Notes: generated by a model not told the origin, from the sequence alone. A stretch of 55,258 nt of DNA from Candidatus Omnitrophota bacterium (GCA_016214285.1 JACROV010000041.1:1-55258), one strand, 5' to 3'. Counted from the stretch's first letter, positions 8,374 through 18,996 are shown. Made by a program: numbers and translations.

Positions 8374-8438
8374 CCTTCGACACACTCCTCATCTTATCCG
8401 CCGTTTGCTCAGGATGACCCTGAGCGTAGTCGAATGGG
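8374..8438. repeat. REP-like palindrome (CCTTCGAC..GCTCAGG / CCCTGAGCG.AGTCGAA family)
   Basis: ccctgagcgtagtcgaatggg (8418-8438) matches 40817-40837 at 20 of 21 nt. Fills the infB-trpS gap. Confidence 0.75.
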
Positions 8439-10781
8439 TCATATTTTCTGCGCGATTCTTTCGATCTCGTAGGCCTCGATGATGTCGCCGGCCTCAAATC
8501 CGGTAAATCCCGCGAAACTGATACCACATTCGGTGCCTTCGGTGACTTCCTTCACATCATCTTTGAAACGTTTAAGGCCAGAAATCGTTCCGGTGTATAC
8601 CGGCTCTCCGTTACGTACGACATCGATATGGTCCTTGCGGGTAACGCGGCCTTTGGTGACATAGCACCCGGCCACGGTCCCCTGCTTTGATAATTTAAAG
8701 ACTTCACGGATCTCCACGCGCCCCAGGAATTTCTTGCGGATCTTCGCGTCCAAAAGGCCTTCCAGGGCTTTTCGGATGTCATTGACGGCGTCATAGATGA
8801 TCCGGTATTGCCGCACATCGACGGGGTCTTCTTCCAGTTCTTTCTTGGCGCGGACATCGATGTCAACGTGGAACGCGATGATGATCGCCTTGGAGGCGAC
8901 CGCCAAAATGACATCAGAGGAATTCACGTCACCGACACCGGCATGGATAAGTTTGATCTTTACTTTATCGCCGGGAATTTTTGCCAGTGAATCTTTCAAC
9001 GCCTCCAAAGATCCCTGCACGTCGGCTTTTATAATGACATTAAGTTCTTTGATGTAACCTTCCTGCACCTGGGCGTAAAGATCTTCCAGGGTGACGCGGG
9101 AAGTCATTTGCAGACGCCTGTTTTTTAGTTGTTCCTGGCGCTTTGCCGCGATATCTCTGGCCTGACGCTCATCCTCAAGGACGTAAAACAATTCTCCAGC
9201 TTCGGGGACATCGGAGGGGCCCAAGACCTCAACGGGCATGGATGGTCCGGCTTCTTTGATCGAGCGCCCGCGATCATCGATTATCGCGCGCACCCGGCCA
9301 TAAAATGGACCGACAACAATATTATCGCCTTCGCGCAAGGTCCCGCTTTGAACGATGAGTGTCGTCACCGAACCCTTGCCCGGGCTCATATGCGCGTCCA
9401 CGACGATCCCCGAGGCCTTTTTGTCCGCGTTGGCCTTTAACTCCAGCAGTTCGGCTTCCAGAAGGATCAACTCCAGCAAATTATCCACGCCTTCGCCGGT
9501 CATGGCGGAAACACCGACGACAACGGTTTTTCCCCCCCAATCTTCCGGAGCGAGGTTGTGTTCGGATAACTGTTTTTTAACACGATCGGGATCGGCGTTC
9601 TTGCGGTCGATCTTATTGAGCGCGACGACGATCGGAACGTTCGCCGCGCGCGCGTGGTTGATGGCCTCTTCCGTCTGAGGCATGATCCCCTCATCCGCGG
9701 CAACGACCAAGACAACGATATCCGTAATATGGGCGCCGCGCGCGCGCATGGCCGTGAACGCCTCATGACCGGGCGTGTCTAAGAAAGTAATGCGTCCTTT
9801 GGGAAGCACTACCGAGTAAGCCCCGATATGCTGGGTGATCCCGCCATGTTCGGTATCGGTGACCTTTGACTTGCGGATACGGTCCAGGAGCGAAGTTTTT
9901 CCATGATCGACGTGTCCCATGAACGTGATGACCGGCGCGCGGGGTTTCAAAAGTTCCGGGTTCTCATCTTCCTTCTGGTGTACCTCGATGAGCTGCTCTT
10001 CCTGCGTCTTGATCTTGATGACATTGTATCCGAGTCCGCGGGCAAGTTTAGTGACGATCGCGGCATCCAGGCTCTGGTTGATATGCGTCAAAATCCCTGC
10101 TTGCATCAGGGATTTGAGGATAACGCTCGGTTTTTGCTGGACTTTTGTGCTGAAATCTTTGACGCTGATGGGAAGATCGATTTCCAGGTCAATAAGGTGT
10201 TTTGTCTGTGCGGGCGGGACTTCGGTACCCTCAGCGGCTATTTGTTGCGCGCCTCCCATGAGGGCTTCGCGAACAACGCCGGAGATTGCCGGCTCATGAG
10301 GTGCCGGGAAGCCCCGGTGTTCCGCGCCGCCCATTTTACGCTTTTTCCGGACCAAAGGTTTAAGCGCAATCATCGGTTCTTTACTAAATGGGGCCTTGGG
10401 TTTGGCGGCTGGAACCGGTCGTTTCTCGACGGCGGTATCAACCGGCGGCGCTTTCACCATCTGCACTTCCGGCTTCTTCTCCGGCTTCGTGCCCTTTGGA
10501 GCAACGGCTTCTTCCTTTTTAACTTTTTTTTTCGCCGTTGGGTTGGCCCGCGATACTTTCCTGGCCGGTTTACTGGTTTTCGCAGATTCCTTTGCGGCGG
10601 ATTTTTCTTCCATCCCGGGGGATGCCTGCTTTGTCTTTGCCAACTCGCTGCGGACAACCGAGGCAACCGCGACGCTCAATTCCTGGTCGCCATCCCTGGC
10701 TTTTAATTTGAAAGACTTTAAAGTCGCCAGGACTTTGTCGGTCGTTGTGCTAAGTTCTTTGGCTAATTCCGATACCTTCAT
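8439..10781 (-). CDS. infB: Translation initiation factor IF-2
   Basis: [42 protein letters not shown]. Confidence 0.98.
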   Translation of the reverse strand: MKVSELAKELSTTTDKVLATLKSFKLKARDGDQELSVAVASVVRSELAKTKQASPGMEEKSAAKESAKTSKPARKVSRANPTAKKKVKKEEAVAPKGTKPEKKPEVQMVKAPPVDTAVEKRPVPAAKPKAPFSKEPMIALKPLVRKKRKMGGAEHRGFPAPHEPAISGVVREALMGGAQQIAAEGTEVPPAQTKHLIDLEIDLPISVKDFSTKVQQKPSVILKSLMQAGILTHINQSLDAAIVTKLARGLGYNVIKIKTQEEQLIEVHQKEDENPELLKPRAPVITFMGHVDHGKTSLLDRIRKSKVTDTEHGGITQHIGAYSVVLPKGRITFLDTPGHEAFTAMRARGAHITDIVVLVVAADEGIMPQTEEAINHARAANVPIVVALNKIDRKNADPDRVKKQLSEHNLAPEDWGGKTVVVGVSAMTGEGVDNLLELILLEAELLELKANADKKASGIVVDAHMSPGKGSVTTLIVQSGTLREGDNIVVGPFYGRVRAIIDDRGRSIKEAGPSMPVEVLGPSDVPEAGELFYVLEDERQARDIAAKRQEQLKNRRLQMTSRVTLEDLYAQVQEGYIKELNVIIKADVQGSLEALKDSLAKIPGDKVKIKLIHAGVGDVNSSDVILAVASKAIIIAFHVDIDVRAKKELEEDPVDVRQYRIIYDAVNDIRKALEGLLDAKIRKKFLGRVEIREVFKLSKQGTVAGCYVTKGRVTRKDHIDVVRNGEPVYTGTISGLKRFKDDVKEVTEGTECGISFAGFTGFEAGDIIEAYEIERIAQKI

Positions 10782-10787
10782 AAACGT

Positions 10788-12023
10788 CTATTCCTTTTCT
10801 TCCTTCTTTGAGGAATTAAGAAGTGATTTGGCGTCCTTGATAATCTTTTTGGCTTTGACGTCACCCAAGCCTTTGATCCTGGTCAACGTTTCGACGTCCG
10901 CCGCGACAATTTTTTCCAGCGCGTCAAATCCCGCGGCTTTTAATTGCACCATGATCTTCTCGCCGACCCCGGTCAAGGCGGTCAGGTCACGATCAGATGA
11001 CTGTTGTTCCGTTGTTTTTTTCTTTTCTTCTTCAGCCGCCTGCGCGGTTTCTTCAACACCTGCCTGCTCCTGCAATTGCTTCCACTGATCGAAGGAGAAC
11101 AGATCCAGTTCCCAGCTGACCAGTTGGCTTGCCAGACGGACGTTCTGTCCGTGCTTGCCGATGGCCAGCGACAACTGATCGTCCGCCACGATGATGTTCG
11201 CCTTCTTTTCATCGTAATTCAACTGGATCTGTGATATCTCCGCCGGAGAAAGGGCCGCCTGGATATATTCCTTGATGTCGGAAGAATAACGGACGATGTC
11301 GATCTTCTCCCCCTGCAATTCCGAAACAATGTTCTTGACGCGTGAACCGCGCATCCCCACGCAGGCACCGACGCAATCGACCTTCTCGTCCTTGGAGTAA
11401 ACGGCGATCTTGGTGCGCTCTCCCACATCGCGGGCGATCGCTTTGATCTCAACGATCCCCTCATAGATCTCGGGGACTTCCAGCTGGAAAAGTTTCCGGA
11501 CAAAGTTCGGATTGGCCCGGGATAAAAGGATCTGGGGACCTTTGCTGTCGCGTTTGACGTCCAGCACGTAGGCCCGGATACGATCTCCCTGGCGGAACTC
11601 CTCTTTGGGAGATTGTTCTTTTTTGGGGATATACGCTTCGGCTTTTCCTAGATCAACGATGATGTTCCCGCGCTCGAAGCGGTAGACGCCACCGGCGATG
11701 ATCTCACCGATACGTATCTGGTATTCGTTAAAAACGACATCTTTTTCGGCCTCGCGGATCTTTTGAATGACGACTTGTTTCGCTGTTTGCGCGGCGATGC
11801 GTCCGAATTCGCTGGAACGGATCTCCTGGGTTCCCGCGTACGCCGTGATCCTGCCGGTTTTGATGTCCAAAACAGCACGGACCTCTTCGTTCTTGTCGAC
11901 CGTCCACAGCTTTTTAGCGGCGGTGGCGACGGCGGATTCGACGGCCTCAATCAGGATCTTTTTGTCGATGCCTTTATCGCGCTCCAATTGTTCGAGTATG
12001 GTCAATAATTCAGTGCTTTCCAT
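10788..12023 (-). CDS. nusA: Transcription termination/antitermination factor NusA
   Basis: FGRIAAQTAKQV, S1 and KH domains, AIGKHGQNVRLA, C-terminal HhH repeats. Confidence 0.97.
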   Translation of the reverse strand: MESTELLTILEQLERDKGIDKKILIEAVESAVATAAKKLWTVDKNEEVRAVLDIKTGRITAYAGTQEIRSSEFGRIAAQTAKQVVIQKIREAEKDVVFNEYQIRIGEIIAGGVYRFERGNIIVDLGKAEAYIPKKEQSPKEEFRQGDRIRAYVLDVKRDSKGPQILLSRANPNFVRKLFQLEVPEIYEGIVEIKAIARDVGERTKIAVYSKDEKVDCVGACVGMRGSRVKNIVSELQGEKIDIVRYSSDIKEYIQAALSPAEISQIQLNYDEKKANIIVADDQLSLAIGKHGQNVRLASQLVSWELDLFSFDQWKQLQEQAGVEETAQAAEEEKKKTTEQQSSDRDLTALTGVGEKIMVQLKAAGFDALEKIVAADVETLTRIKGLGDVKAKKIIKDAKSLLNSSKKEEKE

Positions 12024-12038
12024 TCCTGATTCCCTTCT

Positions 12039-12593
12039 TCATATTTCCTGAACTGCTTTTTGTATGTTATCAATGGCTAATTCCATCACGCCTTGCGGCG
12101 TGTCCACGACCACCTGGTCATCCTTCACCTCTTTAATGGTGCCGGAATATTCCAGCCGTTCATTGACCGGCGCGCGTAAATGGACCCTGATCAACCGCCC
12201 CCTCTTTCGGGAAAAATCTCTCGTGGTCAGTAACGGACGATCCAGACCCGGAGAAGAAACTTCCACCTGAAAATCGTCACCGAAAATCTGCGCCTGATCG
12301 CATTGTTTGAATATTTCGCGATTGATGGCCGAACATTCTCCGACCGTGATCCCACCGGAATCTTTATCAACAAGGATTTCAACGATCCGGGTTCGTCCTC
12401 GACGTTTAAGGGTCAGTTCAACCAGGTCAGCCCCGGCGCGGACAATGCTAGGCATTATAAGCTCGCGGAGTTGCCGTGTCAACCCATCGACGCGCTCCCG
12501 GCTTTGGCCGGGAGCTTGCTCAGGGTTGTTATACTGAGCGGCGCCGTGATTTCTGTTTTTTCGGCGCCGTCGAAGTATCAATTCTTCAGACAC
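12039..12593 (-). CDS. rimP: Ribosome maturation factor RimP
   Basis: GITVGEC, EVSSPGLDRPL, upstream of nusA. GTG start behind GGAGG. Confidence 0.93.
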   Translation of the reverse strand: MSEELILRRRRKNRNHGAAQYNNPEQAPGQSRERVDGLTRQLRELIMPSIVRAGADLVELTLKRRGRTRIVEILVDKDSGGITVGECSAINREIFKQCDQAQIFGDDFQVEVSSPGLDRPLLTTRDFSRKRGRLIRVHLRAPVNERLEYSGTIKEVKDDQVVVDTPQGVMELAIDNIQKAVQEI

Positions 12594-13861
12594 GGGGTTC
12601 CTCCACGGATTTCAGCCACCTTTTGGGACATCGCGTTTTTATCCACAACCACAGCTTCGCCACTCCTGCGGTCCTTGATCTCAACCTTCCCCTCAGCCAG
12701 ATTGCGCTTGCCGATAATAACGCGTAAGGGGATACCGATAAGGTCCGCGTCGTTAAATTTCACGCCCGCGGTTTCCGAACGGTCGTCCAAGAGGACATCA
12801 TAACCGGAAGCGGTCAGTTCCCTGTAGTAACGTTGCGCCAGATCCACAATCTCCCCGGCCTCATTGCCCGCCGCCAGCGGTACAATTTCCACGTCAAAAG
12901 GCGTCACTTCGCCCGGCCAGCGAATCCCGCGTTCATCATGATGCTTTTCGATAATGGCCGCGATCACGCGGCTGACGCCGATACCGTAACAGCCCATGAT
13001 CATCGGCTTTTGTTTGCCGTCTTCATCTAGGAATTGCGCGTGTTGCGCCTGGCTGTATTTCGTTCCCAGCCGGAATATATGTCCCAGCTCGATCGCCACT
13101 TCCCCTTTTAAAACGCCTTTATGGCACTGGGGACACTTCGCGCCATTGGCGCGTTCCCCAAAGACGGAACAATAGCTGTGGCAGGACGGACAACGCAAGA
13201 TCGTATCTTCTCCTATCGGCGCGGTCACCAGAAATTCATGGGACATGTCCCCGCCCATGGCCCCGGAATCCGCTTCAATGATGACCGCGTCCAGCCCGCA
13301 GCGGCGAAAAATATTTTGATAGGCTTCATACATCAATTGATAGTTTTTTTTAAGACCTTCGAGGTCGCGATCAAAGCTGTACGCGTCTTTCATAATAAAT
13401 TCGCAGGCCCGCACGATACCAAAACGCGTGCGCAGCTCATCGCGAAATTTCGTTTGAATCTGATAAAAGGTAACCGGCAGTTGCCGGTACGATTGAACGT
13501 AATTCTTGACCAGATCGGTAATGACCTCTTCATGCGTGGGACCCAAACACATAGCGCGTCCGCGGTTATCGGTAAACTTGATCATGACGTCTTTGAGGAC
13601 CTCATCGCGGCCGGTTTGTTTCCAGAGTTCGACGGGTTGCAGGCACGGCAAAAACAATTCCACGGCGCCGGCGTTGTTCATTTCTTCGCGGATAATATGT
13701 TCGATCCGGCGCAGGACCTTTAACCCCAAAGGCAGATAGGAATAGACCCCCGAGGTGAGCATATGCACGAACCCGCCGCGTAAAAGGAACTGATGGCTCA
13801 TCGCCTCCACCCCGATCGGCGTTTCCTTGAATGTTGGAATGAAATATTTAGACCACAGCAT
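12578..13861 (-). CDS. proS: Proline--tRNA ligase (no INS editing domain)
   Basis: LGPTHEE, YQIQTKFRDE.R.RFG, EFIMKDAYSF, IELGHIF.LGTKYS, MGCYGIGVSR. Confidence 0.96.
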   Translation of the reverse strand: MLWSKYFIPTFKETPIGVEAMSHQFLLRGGFVHMLTSGVYSYLPLGLKVLRRIEHIIREEMNNAGAVELFLPCLQPVELWKQTGRDEVLKDVMIKFTDNRGRAMCLGPTHEEVITDLVKNYVQSYRQLPVTFYQIQTKFRDELRTRFGIVRACEFIMKDAYSFDRDLEGLKKNYQLMYEAYQNIFRRCGLDAVIIEADSGAMGGDMSHEFLVTAPIGEDTILRCPSCHSYCSVFGERANGAKCPQCHKGVLKGEVAIELGHIFRLGTKYSQAQHAQFLDEDGKQKPMIMGCYGIGVSRVIAAIIEKHHDERGIRWPGEVTPFDVEIVPLAAGNEAGEIVDLAQRYYRELTASGYDVLLDDRSETAGVKFNDADLIGIPLRVIIGKRNLAEGKVEIKDRRSGEAVVVDKNAMSQKVAEIRGGTPCLKN

Positions 13862-13862
13862 A

Positions 13863-15155
13863 TCAAGAATCCTTAACGGCCGGCAAAGATTCATCGAAGA
13901 ACCCCGGCGGCAATGTTACCAGCCTTTTCTTGAATTTTTTATAAAACGACGGACGGCGGCGGTCCATGACCCAATCGCCGATGACCTCACCTTTTTCAGT
14001 CATGCCTTTTTGATCAAAATGAAGGACATCGTGCAATATCGGCCGCTGGTTCTTTTCATCATAAATCAGGTCGGCCACCGCTGTCACACGGCGACGCCCA
14101 TCCAGAAAAAGTTCAACGTGGACGACGATGTCGATGGCGCGCGCCACTTGTTTCTGGATCTGTTCGGTGCTTAAGCGGACCCCGGCCATAAGCATCATCA
14201 TGACCATGCGGTTAAAGCAATCTTCCGGCGTTTCGGCGTGCACGATCGCGAGCGACCCGCTGTGACCGCTGCTGATCGACTGGATCAGATCGAGCATTTC
14301 TTCCCCGCGCACCTCACCAATGATGATGCGGTCCGGCCGCATGCGCAGTGAATTAACGAACAATTCGCGCAGCGTGATCTCTCCGCGGCCTTCGATGTTG
14401 GACGGTTTTGAAACGAGCGCAACCACATGGTCCTGAAGCAGGCGCAACTCCGGGGTATCTTCGATGGTGATGATCCGTTCCTCCGAGGGGATGTGCCGGG
14501 AAAATACGTTAAGCATGGTCGTCTTCCCCGAACCGGTCGACCCGCAAAAAATGACGTTGAGCCTGGCCTTCATGGCCGCGATCAGCAACGTCGCGATATT
14601 CTTGTCGATCATCTTGAGGTTCAGAAGGTCATCCACCGTTCCGATGGCATCGTTGAACTTGCGCACCGTCATAACTGGTCCGATGAGCGAACAGGGCGGC
14701 AGAATAACATTAACGCGCGACCCGTCCTTGAGCATAAAATCGACATACGGAGAAGATTCATCCACCCGCTTGTTCGAACCCGAGGCGGCGAGGATTTTCT
14801 GGATGGTGTGCACCAGTTGCGCGTTGTTGTCGAATTTTATATCGGATAATGAAATGCGGCCGTTGCGCTGAAGATAGGTCTGCTTGGGCCCGTTGACCAT
14901 GATCTCCGATATCGTTTTATCTTCCATCAAAGGCCGCAACGGCCCCATGCTGACCAGGGCGCTGACCAGATCGCGGATGACGGCCGCGCGCACATCCTTT
15001 TCGATGACCACGTTTTGCTCCTGGCACATCCGGACAATGGCGTCATCGACGAATTTGCGCAGCTGATCCTCCGTCAGCGAATCCTTGACCTTAAGGAAAT
15101 CCGTTTCCTTAATCAGGTAATGATTGACCACATCGCGTAAGTCATTGTTTCCCAT
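13863..15155 (-). CDS. cpaF: CpaF/TadA (VirB11-like) pilus assembly ATPase
   Basis: MGPLRPLM.D..ISEIMVNG, GSTGSGKTT, ITIEDTPEL, SLRMRPDRIIIGEVRG, GHSGS...H. Confidence 0.92.
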   Translation of the reverse strand: MGNNDLRDVVNHYLIKETDFLKVKDSLTEDQLRKFVDDAIVRMCQEQNVVIEKDVRAAVIRDLVSALVSMGPLRPLMEDKTISEIMVNGPKQTYLQRNGRISLSDIKFDNNAQLVHTIQKILAASGSNKRVDESSPYVDFMLKDGSRVNVILPPCSLIGPVMTVRKFNDAIGTVDDLLNLKMIDKNIATLLIAAMKARLNVIFCGSTGSGKTTMLNVFSRHIPSEERIITIEDTPELRLLQDHVVALVSKPSNIEGRGEITLRELFVNSLRMRPDRIIIGEVRGEEMLDLIQSISSGHSGSLAIVHAETPEDCFNRMVMMMLMAGVRLSTEQIQKQVARAIDIVVHVELFLDGRRRVTAVADLIYDEKNQRPILHDVLHFDQKGMTEKGEVIGDWVMDRRRPSFYKKFKKRLVTLPPGFFDESLPAVKDS

Positions 15156-15170
15156 CGTTCATCTCCCTTC

Positions 15171-16271
15171 CTAAGGAAGCAATTGCTTGATCTTGTCGAT
15201 AAATCCAAAACGTGAAAAATCACTGTAGAGCACGAACAGCGCCAGGAGCACGATCAGGCTAAACCCGACCTTGGCAACATATTCGTCGGTGCGTGCCGAT
15301 AGCGCGCGCCCCCGGAGCTTTTCGATACCCAGCAATAACAAGTGTCCGCCATCAAGCGGTATGACCGGCAGTAAATTGAAGATCGCCAGACTGGCGCTGA
15401 TGACCCCCATAATGAACAAAACGTGCGACATGCCCATTTCGGCGGCTTTTTTCAAAATGTAAAAAATACCGATGGGGCCCGTCACGTTTTCTTTGACCGA
15501 CATTGAACCCGTGAGCATGGCAAATATCGCCTTGTATGTCATGTTCGTGATCTTGATCAATTCCTGCCCGGATTTCAGGAGCGCAACGGCCGGATTGTAT
15601 TTGAGGGTAATGATATCTTCCTCCGGGCGGATGCCGACCAGGCGTACTTTCCGGTATTTCCCAAAGATTGATTTGTTCATTTCCACGCGCGGCGCGATCG
15701 TTGTGTCGATTTCACGCCCGTCGCGCCGGATCCTTAGCTGGATCGTGTCCGCGGTGGAGGAGATGATCGCTTCCTGCAAACCGCTCCAGCTTTCCGTTAT
15801 TCGATCATTGACGCGAAGGATCTGGTCGCCGACCTGAACTCCCGCGGCCTGCGCGGGGTAGCCCTCAAGGATGGTGCCGACTTTATTGCTCAGGTCGGGA
15901 TACCCCACCATAAAAACGACAAATAAACAAACGTAGGCAAAAATAAAATTGACTACCGGGCCGTTGAAGATGACAAGTGCCCGGTGTCCGGCGGGTTTCG
16001 AATAAAATTCATCAGGGTTGCCGCTGCATTGGGAGCGTTCATCTCCGGCCATCTTGACATACCCGCCCAGGGGAATGATGTTGATCATGTAACGCGTCCC
16101 GTTATGCATCCATGAATATATCGTTGGTCCGAACCCCAGCGCGAAGCGTTCCACCGCGATCCCCAGGCGTTTCGCGGTTACAAAGTGTCCCCATTCGTGA
16201 ACGACGATCAAAATGCTTAATGTGACGACAAACAAAATTATACTGTTTAAATTTGCCCAAAGCGTTTCCAT
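15171..16271 (-). CDS. rseP: RIP metalloprotease RseP
   Basis: HEWGH, IPLGGYVKM, PDZ domain, NLLPVIPLDGG. Start at ATG 16271. Confidence 0.95.
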   Translation of the reverse strand: METLWANLNSIILFVVTLSILIVVHEWGHFVTAKRLGIAVERFALGFGPTIYSWMHNGTRYMINIIPLGGYVKMAGDERSQCSGNPDEFYSKPAGHRALVIFNGPVVNFIFAYVCLFVVFMVGYPDLSNKVGTILEGYPAQAAGVQVGDQILRVNDRITESWSGLQEAIISSTADTIQLRIRRDGREIDTTIAPRVEMNKSIFGKYRKVRLVGIRPEEDIITLKYNPAVALLKSGQELIKITNMTYKAIFAMLTGSMSVKENVTGPIGIFYILKKAAEMGMSHVLFIMGVISASLAIFNLLPVIPLDGGHLLLLGIEKLRGRALSARTDEYVAKVGFSLIVLLALFVLYSDFSRFGFIDKIKQLLP

Positions 16272-16276
16272 AATTT

Positions 16277-17434
16277 TTACCGTTCCTTGATCAGCCGACC
16301 GGCTTCTTCCCGCGCCCATTGGTCCGCGTCCAGAATCTGCGTAAAGGAAGGGCGGTCGATGACTTTATGTTTTTGGACGACTTTTTCCACTGTTCTGTAG
16401 ATCCCCGTAAAAGGCAGACAACGATTTAAAAAGGCGTCGACCGCCATTTCGTCAGCCGCGTTCAACGCTGCCGGAAGCGTTCCTCCCCGCCGGCCAACGT
16501 CAATGGCCAAGGCCAATGAGGGAAATTTTTTATAATTCGGCTTTTGGAACGTCAGCCTGCCCAGCCGCGTGAAGTCCACGCTTTTTAATCCCGTTTTCCA
16601 GCGCTGTGGGTACGTCAGCGCGTACTGGATCGGCAATCGCATATCCGTCACGCCAAGCTGCGCGACGATCGATCCATCCGTAAATTCGACCATCGAATGG
16701 ATGACGGCCTCCGGATGCACAACGACCTCGATATCATCAACATCAAGCCCGAACAAATGTTTAGCCTCGATCACTTCAAATCCTTTGTTCATCAAGCTTG
16801 CCGAATCGACCGTGATGCGTTTTCCCATCTTCCAGCGCGGGTGCTTAAGGATCTGAGTGACGGACAACGCATCGAAACGCGCCGGTGAAATGTTCAAAAG
16901 TGCTCCGCCCGAGGCCGTCAAATAGATCTTCTTGAGATGTTCCCGGTCCTCTCCCGCCAGGCACTGAAAAATGGCGCTTTGTTCACTGTCAATGGGCACG
17001 ATGGTCGCCTTATGCCGCCGGGCCTCGCGCATCAGGATATTCCCCGCCGATACGAGGGCTTCTTTGTTGGCCGGCGCGACCGTTTTCCCGGTACGCACCG
17101 CCGTCAAGAACGGCCGCAGTGCGGCGCTTCCATGCATCGCGACCACGATCACATCGACGGATCGCAAGCGGATGATCTCGTCAATATCCGCCTTGACGTT
17201 CAAGACTTTGGTGATCCTCGTATTTATATGCCGGCGAAGGTAATCAACCCCTGAGCCGTTAACGGCCGCGTGCGACGGGCGGAATTTACGTACTTGTTGT
17301 TCTAAAAGCCGGTAATTGTTGTATGCCGTCAATCCAACGACCTTAAAGCGATCCGCGAAGCGCTCAATGACCTTCAGGGCATTGATGCCGATGGACCCGG
17401 TTGAACCAAGAATAACGATATTCCTGCGCGTCAT
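16277..17434 (-). CDS. dxr: 1-deoxy-D-xylulose-5-phosphate reductoisomerase
   Basis: LGSTGSIG, ANKEALV, PIDSEQSA, HP.W.MG.RITVDSA. Confidence 0.97.
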   Translation of the reverse strand: MTRRNIVILGSTGSIGINALKVIERFADRFKVVGLTAYNNYRLLEQQVRKFRPSHAAVNGSGVDYLRRHINTRITKVLNVKADIDEIIRLRSVDVIVVAMHGSAALRPFLTAVRTGKTVAPANKEALVSAGNILMREARRHKATIVPIDSEQSAIFQCLAGEDREHLKKIYLTASGGALLNISPARFDALSVTQILKHPRWKMGKRITVDSASLMNKGFEVIEAKHLFGLDVDDIEVVVHPEAVIHSMVEFTDGSIVAQLGVTDMRLPIQYALTYPQRWKTGLKSVDFTRLGRLTFQKPNYKKFPSLALAIDVGRRGGTLPAALNAADEMAVDAFLNRCLPFTGIYRTVEKVVQKHKVIDRPSFTQILDADQWAREEAGRLIKER

Positions 17435-17438
17435 GTTG

Positions 17439-18260
17439 CTACGGGCGTATAACCACCGAACTTATATAGAAATAAAATACCGGCGCCGAGAATAAGATGC
17501 TGTCGATCGTATCAAGAACACCGCCCAGCCCGGGGAAAAGCTTCCCGGAATCCTTCACATTGCAATCCCGCTTGATAAGCGATTCGGACAGATCGCCCAG
17601 TTGTCCCATACCGCCAAAAAATATCCCCATTACGGCAATATGACCAGGTGAAAAACCGAATTGCGGCGGGATCAAACCACTGCCGAGAATGGCCGCCAAA
17701 GCACTGAACGCAAAACTGCCCAGGCTTCCCTCGATCGTTTTGTTGGGGCTGATGCGCGGCCACAGCGGATGTTTCCCGAATTTACTGCCGATCAATAACG
17801 CCCCCATGTCCCCGCATTTTGTCACCAACAGAATGAAGGCCAGCAACTTGACGCCATCGGTCCCGGGCAAGAAATACCTTATCCGGATCAGAAAGCTGAA
17901 CAGCCACGAAACGTACAGGATCCCGAACAGCGTCGTTGATATCCCGATGATCGCGTTGGTGTTGTCATTACGGATGAATTGCATGAGAAAGATCAGCAGT
18001 AAAAGAAGGACGATGAACAACAACTCCCATTTTCCGGTCGGTTCAAAACGCGTAAAGATAGAAAGCGGGATCAGCATGCCAATGATGATGCCGGTATAAC
18101 TGTAGATGGGAATCCCCTTCTTCTTGACCAGATAGAAGAATTCATACAGTCCCGCGAGTGTCAATCCCAGCAAAACGGTGATAAAAATCCACGCATTGAG
18201 GACCGCAGCAATTGTGACCAGGATCATGGTCGTTGAACTTATAAAGCGCGCTTTGTTCAT
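17439..18260 (-). CDS. cdsA: Phosphatidate cytidylyltransferase
   Basis: ISPNKTIEG, GDLSESLIKR..VKDSG..PG.GGVLD. Confidence 0.95.
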   Translation of the reverse strand: MNKARFISSTTMILVTIAAVLNAWIFITVLLGLTLAGLYEFFYLVKKKGIPIYSYTGIIIGMLIPLSIFTRFEPTGKWELLFIVLLLLLIFLMQFIRNDNTNAIIGISTTLFGILYVSWLFSFLIRIRYFLPGTDGVKLLAFILLVTKCGDMGALLIGSKFGKHPLWPRISPNKTIEGSLGSFAFSALAAILGSGLIPPQFGFSPGHIAVMGIFFGGMGQLGDLSESLIKRDCNVKDSGKLFPGLGGVLDTIDSILFSAPVFYFYISSVVIRP

Positions 18261-18994
18261 CAGGATCCTTCCCGTACCGTTCCGGCCAGATCGCCGTAAC
18301 GGCGTTCACGCTTCTGGTAATCCGCGATGGCCTTTTCGAATTCTTCTCTTGTAAAATCCGGCCAGAATTTGTCCGTAAAATACAGCTCCGAATAAGAAAG
18401 CTGCCACAAAAGGAAATTGCTGATCCTTTTTTCGCCGGATGTCCGGATAAGAAGGTCAGGATCAGGGAGGTCTTTGGTGTACAAGAATTGAGTGATGGTC
18501 TTTTCGTCGATATCAGCGATGACTAAAGACTTCTTTTCCACCGCCGCCGCGATTTTTTTGACCGCGTCGACGATCTCCTGGCGGGAACCGTAATTGAACG
18601 CCAAATTCACGATCAGCCCCGTATTATCCTTTGTCTCATGAATAGCCATTTGAAATGCTTTCAGGACCGATCCGGGAACACTTTCCTCCCGGCCGATCAC
18701 CTGGAATCGTACGTTATTCTCCTTCAACATTTTTATTTTCTTTTGCAGAACATTGGTCAACAGGCTCATCAATATCGAGATCTCGGATTCCGGACGCCGC
18801 CAATTTTCGGTCGAAAACGTAAATAGAGTCAGCACTTTGACCCCGATCTTTTGGGCCGCGGCAACGATCTCTTCCACGCGCCTGATCCCTTCCGTGTGGC
18901 CCTGCGTTCGAGTAAGATGCTGACGTTTCGCCCAGCGGCCGTTACCATCCATAATGATGGCAACATGCCGCGGGATATTAGATGTTTGTATCAT
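18260..18994 (-). CDS. uppS: Undecaprenyl diphosphate synthase
   Basis: HVAIIMDGNGRWA, FSTENWRRP, DLLIRTSGEKRISNFLLWQ. Start at ATG 18994. Confidence 0.97.
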   Translation of the reverse strand: MIQTSNIPRHVAIIMDGNGRWAKRQHLTRTQGHTEGIRRVEEIVAAAQKIGVKVLTLFTFSTENWRRPESEISILMSLLTNVLQKKIKMLKENNVRFQVIGREESVPGSVLKAFQMAIHETKDNTGLIVNLAFNYGSRQEIVDAVKKIAAAVEKKSLVIADIDEKTITQFLYTKDLPDPDLLIRTSGEKRISNFLLWQLSYSELYFTDKFWPDFTREEFEKAIADYQKRERRYGDLAGTVREGS

Positions 18995-18996
18995 AT

